DNA from: Paraspadella gotoi
Lineage: Eukaryota > Animalia > Chaetognatha
Assembly (NCBI GenBank): GCA_051294375.1
Contig: CM119270.1
Location: 3,836,301 to 3,900,300, forward strand
DNA length: 64,000 nt
Direction: 5' to 3'
Of this stretch, positions 56,231-64,000 are shown piece after piece (the first letter of the stretch is position 1; each line of letters opens with the position of its first letter). Below the pieces are notes generated by a model. It ran no database searches. It saw only the letters and a program-made list of their open reading frames with translations, and was not told the DNA's origin. The translations under genes were made by a program, and so were the position numbers.

Positions 56231-58182
56231 TGTAAACCCGAAGATGTTGGTCCAGCGTTGGCTTTTAATCGGTTTTTTTCGTCGTCGTCATCGTCGTCTT
56301 GCACGTCGGAATCGTTAAATTATCATCATCATCATCATCATNNNNNNNNNNNNNNNNNNNNNNNNNNNNNNNNNNNNNNNNNNNNNNNNNNNNNNNNNNN
56401 NNNNNNNNNNNNNNNNNNNNNNNNNNNNNNNNNNNNNNNNNNNNNNNNNNNNNNNNNNNNNNNNNNNNNNNNNNNNNNNNNNNNNNNNNNNNNNNNNNNN
56501 NNNNNNNNNNNNNNNNNNNNNNNNNNNNNNNNNNNNNNNNNNNNNNNNNNNNNNGATGATTAAGATTCTTGAAAAGATGAAAAAATGGAAAAAGAAAAGA
56601 ATAAAAGAAAAGACGGAGGGTAAGTCTGTCTCTCTCTCTCTCTCAAAAGCGACAAGCTGCGTTTGAAAGCACGAAAAAAAAAGACGGCAAAAAACTAAGA
56701 AAAAAGAAAAAAAATGGAGTTTAAAAAATTTGGTTTTGAAGAATCGCTATATTAAGAACATAAATTAAAATGGAATGGACTTTGCGTGNNNNNNNNNNNN
56801 NNNNNNNNNNNNNNNNNNNNNNNNNNNNNNNNNNNNNNNNNNNNNNNNNNNNNNNNNNNNNNNNNNNNNNNNNNNNNNNNNNNNNNNNNNNNNNNNNNNN
56901 NNNNNNNNNNNNNNNNNNNNNNNNNNNNGCTATTTTTTTTAATCAATTAATTAATTTTTCGATCCTACTGAAGTTTTTTTTGTAATGGTCGTTTAAATTT
57001 AATTTTTCTATTGACGTCTTCTTTCTTATGTTAATTCTGTTGCTTTCATTCCTTTGTCTTTAAGCTTTTTTTTGCTTTTTTTTCATTTTCCTTTTTGCTT
57101 TTTTGTTTTTAATTTTTTTTCTCTTTCTCTTTCAGCTTTCTTCCCCTTTTTCTTTCAGCTTTCTTGCCCTTTTACTTTCAGCTTTCTCCTACCATTTCGT
57201 CAGGAATCTCGGTTCCCGTATTTCAAGCTAGAAGAGAAACTTTGACAGCCAAAGGCGCAAGAGGAAAGTCGAGCCTTCGCCTTCGAGAAGCCGCAATCAG
57301 CGGGAAAGTAAAGAGAATTTATAGATGGGGAGAATTTGGAAGCGAGGACTTAGAGATGGGACTAAGAGATGAGACCTAGAGTTGGGACTTAGAAATGAGA
57401 CCTGGAGATGGGACCAGGAGATTGGACTTAGAGATAGGACTTAGAGATGGGACTTAGAGATGATACTTAGATATGGGACTTAGAGATGGGATTAAAGACG
57501 GGACTTAGAGATGAGACTTAAAGATGAGACTTAGAGATAGTACTAGAGAGGTGACTTAGAGATGGGAAGCTTTTATGACTAGATAAGACTTGAACAAGAA
57601 TGTATATAGGACTGCGGAGAATTCGGCAATTATAAGCATTTAAAAATCAGTATATTAAAAAATGATGAAAATGAATTTAAAATTTTTAGAATGGAAAAAA
57701 TGGAAAGTATGACAAGAATTCTGGAATCGACGGTAAAAATTTGGAAATATAAACTTGTCATTTATGAGCTGAACAAAGAAAGGGAACAATATTTGAAAGG
57801 TAGAAGAATTTATGTATAGAAGAAATATAAATTCACCAACTTGTCAAGATAGTCCCTCTGAAGGAAAACCCCGTCGCTTATGAAAAAAAAGGTGATAAAT
57901 TTCAAAAAGCCTTTCGAGCGATGAATCTAAAATACTACAAAATATACTATAATTTATATACCTCACCATTTACCTATTTCAAAGCCCCGCCGACCCACAC
58001 AAGCTGCCTCCCGTCTCGAGTGAGGATCTGACGAGTCTCACGCAAGACTCACAGACTTACCAAGTTACCAGCCTCTCACTAATACGCGCGTTTGAAGCCC
58101 AGAAATCTGGATGCCAAGTTTTGCCTTTGGGCCAAAAGTGAGAGAGGATAGAGAGGGAGAGAGGGTGAGAGAGGGGGGTAGA

Positions 58183-58219
<37 letters not shown>

Positions 58220-58964
58220 GAGAGAGAGTCTGTCAAGACTTTTCACGTGAGAGGGATTTAAAGAGGGAGACTTTTTTTTCTTCAAATTTTCTGGTAAAAG
58301 AAAAAAAAAAAAAATAAAACAAAAAAACAAAAAAATTCCTGCGGAATGGAATCCTGACTTTTGTTTTTTCCCTAAGTCTTTTTTTCTTTTTTCTTATTCT
58401 TTTTTTTGGCGAAGAAACATTAATGTCATTCTCGCATGTTTGGGTCGAAAGAAATTATTACGTCGGCAGAAACTCGTGTTTTCGCAGGAAACTGTTTTTT
58501 TTTTCCTTTTTAACTTAACAAACGGTTTTTTATTTAGGGAAAAGGGGATGAGAGGATGGTGGCGGAGTGGGGTGGTGGAAGCTGGGGTGGATTGTTCGTC
58601 GGATATCGGGCGGGGGGCGTTGGTCTGATGCCTTCGACAAATCGTTGAACCCTAATTTAATTCACAATTAAAAATAGAATTTGGAATTTTTAACTGATTT
58701 AGATTTTGGCCTTTGTGACAAATACTACGTTTAAGGTTCAAAGGCGATAAAATAAATATTGTAATTTTTGAAATTACTCTCGCTTTTCTCATAGCTCTCA
58801 ACATCGAGAGAGCGAGTTAATATGGTTGAAGAAACGACGACGACGACTACGACGCCAAAACCAGACGAAAGGCTTCAACATTGTTTGTATTAATCTAAAG
58901 GAAATTACATTCGCTGAGTTGATTAATCTCGAGACACCTCTCTCCCCTTTTTCCATCCAGCTGC

Positions 58965-59043
<79 letters not shown>

Positions 59044-60018
59044 GCCAAGAAAAACGGTCGAGTCGAATAATTGATTCGTCATGCGTCAGCAAAGAAGTGG
59101 GACGCCGAGGTCAGTCTGTCTGTCCGCTCGTACGACCCGCAGTCCGTCTGTCCGTTCGTGCCGTTCCTCATTTCCTTCATTCAAAGCGATAATTGGAGCG
59201 ATAATTGGAGCGATAATTGAAGCGATAATCGAAGCGAGAGAAGGAGACGTGCGAGGATCGAGAGAAGGGAAAAGACCAGGAGGAAACGGAAAGAAGTCGA
59301 TGACATTTAAAAAAGGATTTACTTAACAAATGAATAAATAACTGAAGAAATAAAAACAAATATCTATAGTATATAGTATAATATAGTGTAGTATAGTTCA
59401 GAGTGTGAAATGAGTTTTTTAAACTTAACTTAAGGAAGTGGTTATTTTATACAATTGAAACATTCTTTGAAACATTTTTGATAGGGAAGCCAATGGGAGT
59501 GAATAAACGAGACTGTGAGCGAGTCTTGAGTCTTGAGTCTTGAGTCTTGAGTCTTGAGTCTTGAGTCTTGAGTCTTGAGTCTTGAGTCTTGAGTCTTGAG
59601 TCAGGAGCATGATAGCTTCTTTATTGAATGAACTGATAATTTTTAGATTGGATGTACCAATTTCATTCGTAGATAATAATATAAATAAAAATATAAAAAT
59701 AAGTATAAAAATAAGTATAAAATAAAATAAAAATAAGTATAAAAACTGGACTGAAAAGCCGAAAAACCGAGATAGAAGCTTTTGGAACGGAAGGAAAGGA
59801 AATCCTTTTAAAATCCGTTAAACGAATTAAGATCCCGAATCTAACGTTTTCTCTTTCATGGGGGAGAGAAAGATAAGGATAGACAGACAGATAAACAGAC
59901 ATAGAGAAGATAAACTACTAATAAAAAATAGAGAAGAAAGAAAGCTAGAAAGAGAGAGGAGGGAAAAAGCCTAAAACGATAGAAAGAAAGAAAAAAGAAG
60001 TATAAAGAGAAAGAAATA

Positions 60019-60082
<64 letters not shown>

Positions 60083-61220
60083 ACGAAATAAAAAGAGAAA
60101 GAAAGAAAGAAAGAAAAAAGAGAGTAAAAAAAGAAAAAAGAAAGAAAGAAAGAGATTGAAAAGAGAACGTAGAGGAAAAAAGGGAATAAATCAGGTGGGA
60201 ATCTAACTCAATCCTCAGTCAAAACAGAAGGGAAAAAAAGAAAGAAATTGAAAGAAAAAATAGAGAGAAAAAGGAAAAAAAGATAGAAAATGAAAGGAAA
60301 AATAGAAAGAAAAAAAAAAAAAAAAGAAAGTGGGTGAGTGAAATTCTAGCTGATTTATTTTCCAGCGAGGGAAGGACATTCGTTACTAGAGCAAAATGAA
60401 ACAATTTTTTTTTAATTATAAATATATTTGTATAAATTGTTATCTCCCCAAAAATATATTTTGTACTTTAATATCTTCGAGTTGTAATTTTCGAATGCAA
60501 ATGAAGTCTCTCTGTAAAATGATTGCGCAACTTTCTAACAGTTTTAAAAAAAGTAACAACAGAAAAATCAACCTTCTTCCTTTCCCACATTTTTTTCTCC
60601 CTTTTTCCTTTTTTCATTAAAAAAAAATAAAGTAATGAATTCGATGCGAAACGCGATTCGAGTAAAACAAAACAAAAGAAAATTCCATCTGTTGTTGTAG
60701 TAAAAACATCTGTTGTTGTAGTAGAAACATCTGTCGTTGTTTTTTAAGTTTCCTTTTTTTTCTTTTTTTCCGATTAAAAAAAAATTAATTCGCGTTCGTT
60801 GGCCCTCAATGTATTTCGCGTCCTTTCTATTTTAATATTAATCTCTAATTGGTTATGAGTGAAATTTTGTGATTGTAACAGTTTTTAATTTTAGGTTGAA
60901 TTCGTTAAATACTTTAAATTAGATTCATTCAATAAACAAGCTATCTTGCCCCCTGACTTTGGCTTGGACGGGTTAAGGACTCCATCGCTCTTACAAGAAA
61001 ATAACATAGCAGGGCCCTGCAAGCTTTCAAAACATAGCAGGGCCCTGCAAGCTTTCACTCAAGACTCTCTCACAGTCCAGTCCAGTCTAGTTTGGACTAG
61101 TGAAGACTCTCAATAACGAGACTCCATTTTTGTTGTCTAGATTTTTAAAAACGAGCGTTCCGTCTTACAGAGAACGAGCTTATACAAAACAACCCCATCT
61201 CAACAGACGACGGATCCTCA

Positions 61221-61587
61221 CGCGATGAATGATGCATTGAGGCAGATGGCGCTTTTTGTCCCACGGAATGTTGAACGCCGTTGTCGTCCATCGTCGTGAA
61301 GAAGTTGACGCTGCGAAACGCCGAAGGGAATTTTGCGGCGCCGGCGCCTTGCGTTTGGCGGCGCCACTGCGTCGAGAATGAGGGGTTTAGGGAAGGGCGG
61401 GGCGACGTCGCCTGGAGGGTCGAGAAGTTTGATCGAGCGGGGGGTCGCTTGAAGGGGGTTCTAGAGAGGTCTAGAGGAGGGTCCAAGGGTGAGTCTTGAA
61501 AAGGGTTTTTGGGGATCGCGGACTGAGAAGTCGTCGACGTGAGATAGCGAAGGATCGTCGAGAAGGCGGCGTTGCGAAGGATTCGTC
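61221..61587 (-). CDS. HS3ST: HS3ST upstream (stem-region) exon ending ...GQKRHLPQCIII|G; this copy also has indels
   Basis: The Pro-rich stem (LDPPLD repeats) and the LPQCIII motif that precedes GARKCGT in HS3ST are readable by combining this copy with the 47418-47752 copy. A candidate hydrophobic exon (VLVFNFGVFVG|gtgag) lies at ~63329-63361. Confidence 0.7.
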
Positions 61588-63699
61588 TAGTAAAATTTTT
61601 CATTATTAAAATATGCATATGTTTTTCTATTTTATCATAAAAAATGTGCTATGTTTTCGTAACATTTCGCATAAAAGAATCTATCAAATAAAAACAGTGC
61701 ATTTAACGAAGTAAAGGATTCGTCTCTAGTGAGGCGATGAAATAAATAATCCAATTACTACGAAATCTTGGGAAAAATGAAAGAAAAACATTCTATGATC
61801 TCTCTCTCTCTCTCTCTCGCTTCTTCTCTCGCATCTCTCTCTGCTCTCTCTCTCTCTCTCCTATCTCTGCTCTCTCTCTTCAAAAGACAAAAGAGCCGCC
61901 GTCATGTTTTCGAATGTTTTCAACTCGAGCGCCAAAACGAATTTCTTTGTTTGTTTATTATTCATTCATAGCCGCCAACTTGGGCAATGGATATTTTCCT
62001 GTAATTTCGAGTTCGAATTACAATATAGTAGAATTTAAATATTCATTTAAATTATAATAATAGAAAGCAGAATGATATTTTAATATTGTTTTAACATTAT
62101 ACATTGGATTGCTGATCATGTTGTTGAATACAATAACTAATATAAAGCTAAACGAATGAACGATGTATTCAGTACTAGAGATTGATCCTATGTCTTCTTC
62201 TTCGCCTCTCCCATGTCCTTACTCCTCTGTTAACACTTTCCATTATTTTCTCTCCCATGTCCCATGTCCCTTGTCCCTTGTCCCTCGCAATAAAAAGTCG
62301 TCTGCCTTCTTAGTTTCGTCTCATTGTTTACTTTTTTCTTTTTTTTTCTTTTCCTCTTCTGCTTATGAATAATTCTCTTTTACTTACAAGCAATTATGAT
62401 AATTTCGCTCCTTTAGTTCTCGTTCCTTAGTAGTGGGGTTGGGGTTCTGTCTCTCTCTCTCTCCCTTCCTCTCACTCTCTCCTCTCTCTCTCCTTCTCTC
62501 TCTCTCTCTAGACACTCTATTCTGGCTCGCCAAAAAAATATCAACACAAACTGCCAAGGAAGCCTCACCCCTACAACCTCTCTCTCCTCTCTCCTCTCCC
62601 TTCCTCCTCTCCTCCTCTCCTACACCTTCTCTTCTCTGCTCCTCGTTTGCTCGCTCGGACCGGGATAGCGCCTAATTATTAGAACAGCATCCCTAAACGG
62701 CAATTAGGCTCGCTTTCAGCCGAAACAAACATAAAAAAAAAAAAGAGTAAACGTTGCCAATCGCAATCCACTTCAATATCCATCGTAACTTCCAATCGCC
62801 TCGGGCAAAATAACGCTTTCGTCTCCGTCTCTATCGTCGTCCGTCGTTTTCAGGCCAAAACTCGAAATTCGAGCAAATTCGCGAAAACTGAAACTCGCCT
62901 CTAATCTTGTGCAGTCATATGTACTTAAAAAAAACTAATTTAAACAAATTAGAGAAAGCCTCATACATCATACCCTAACCCTAACGAAGTTAATTTAGTG
63001 AAATCTCACTCATTCACGGGAAAATTTACTGCAACTAAACATTTAAATAAAATATATTTTCGTCTCTCCTTTATATAATAAATCGTTTCCGGTTTTAAAA
63101 TTCTGCAAAATGTTTTTCAGGCGTTTATCCAAATCTCTCTCTCTCNNNNNNNNNNNNNNNNNNNNNNNNNNNNNNNNNNNNNNNNNNNNNNNNNNNNNNN
63201 NNNNNNNNNNNNNNNNNNNNNNNNNNNNNNNNNNNNNNNNNNNNNNNNNNNNNNNNNNNNNNNNNNNCTCGGTTTCGCCTCAACCGCATATAAAATCCCG
63301 AGTAAGTTCGGCCCTTTGAGACTCACCCGCCCACAAAGACCCCGAAATTAAAAACCAACACTGGGGCGAAGGAGGGGGGAGAGAGAGGGGGGGCGGNNNN
63401 NNNNNNNNNNNNNNNNNNNNNNNNNNNNNNNNNNNNNNNNNNNNNNNNNNNNNNNNNNNNNNNNNNNNNNNNNNNNNNNNNNNNNNNNNNNNNNNNNNNN
63501 NNNNNNNNNNNNNNNNNNNNNNNNNNNNNNNNNNNNNNNNNNNNNNNNNNNNNNNNNNNNNNNNNNNNNNNNNNNNNNNNNNNNNNNNNNNNNNNNNNNN
63601 NNNNNNNTTCCCGCCGTTTAACTTCTTCCCGCCGTTTAACTTCTTCCATCGTTTTAGGGTCCCCGGTTATTCAGAGTCTGACCGTTCTTTTGTTCTTGA

Positions 63700-64000
63700 T
63701 TTTAATGCTGGTTGTATTTTATTGTATTGTATTATATTTTAATGAATTGCGTTCCATTGCAAAGTGCCTGTTTATAATTTCATGGATTGTATTGTATTAT
63801 ATTTCATCCTCGTGTATTCTATTGCAAAGTTCCTGAAGACCTTTTGTTTTTTAATTGAATGGATTGTATTGTATTGTATTTTACTTCATTGTACTGCCTT
63901 CTATTGCCAAATACCTGACCGTCTTTTTCTTTTAATAATAATTCTGTTTGTAACTTTGTATTCTATTTTATAATATTGTGTCATATTTTAATGTAGTTTA
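63700..64000. repeat. Degenerate (ATTGT)n-rich low-complexity repeat
   Basis: Recurrent attgtattgtatt and tattgcaaag units. Confidence 0.6.

Overview
Eukaryotic (invertebrate-animal-like) genomic DNA with GC/CpG-rich exons, short AT-rich GT-AG introns, many (AG)n microsatellites and N-gaps. Genes reconstructed by hand from splice sites and reading phase: a small CARD-domain gene (+), then five co-oriented minus-strand genes (PHLDB-like, COQ9, a divergent homeobox gene, LMAN2/VIP36-like and an unusually long d4/DPF gene), a C-terminal RING gene (+), and a heparan sulfate 3-O-sulfotransferase gene (-). The sulfotransferase gene is interrupted by a ~10 kb inverted, error-rich copy of itself that is most likely an assembly artefact. 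Most notable observations: (1) a ~930-aa protein with a MADS-box-like N-terminal segment and a C-terminal homeodomain lacking Asn51; (2) a 732-bp TRIM-like mini LTR element plus a solo copy with a 4-bp target-site duplication; (3) an operon/trans-splicing-like junction between COQ9 and the homeobox gene. All family assignments come from remembered motifs, not database searches.
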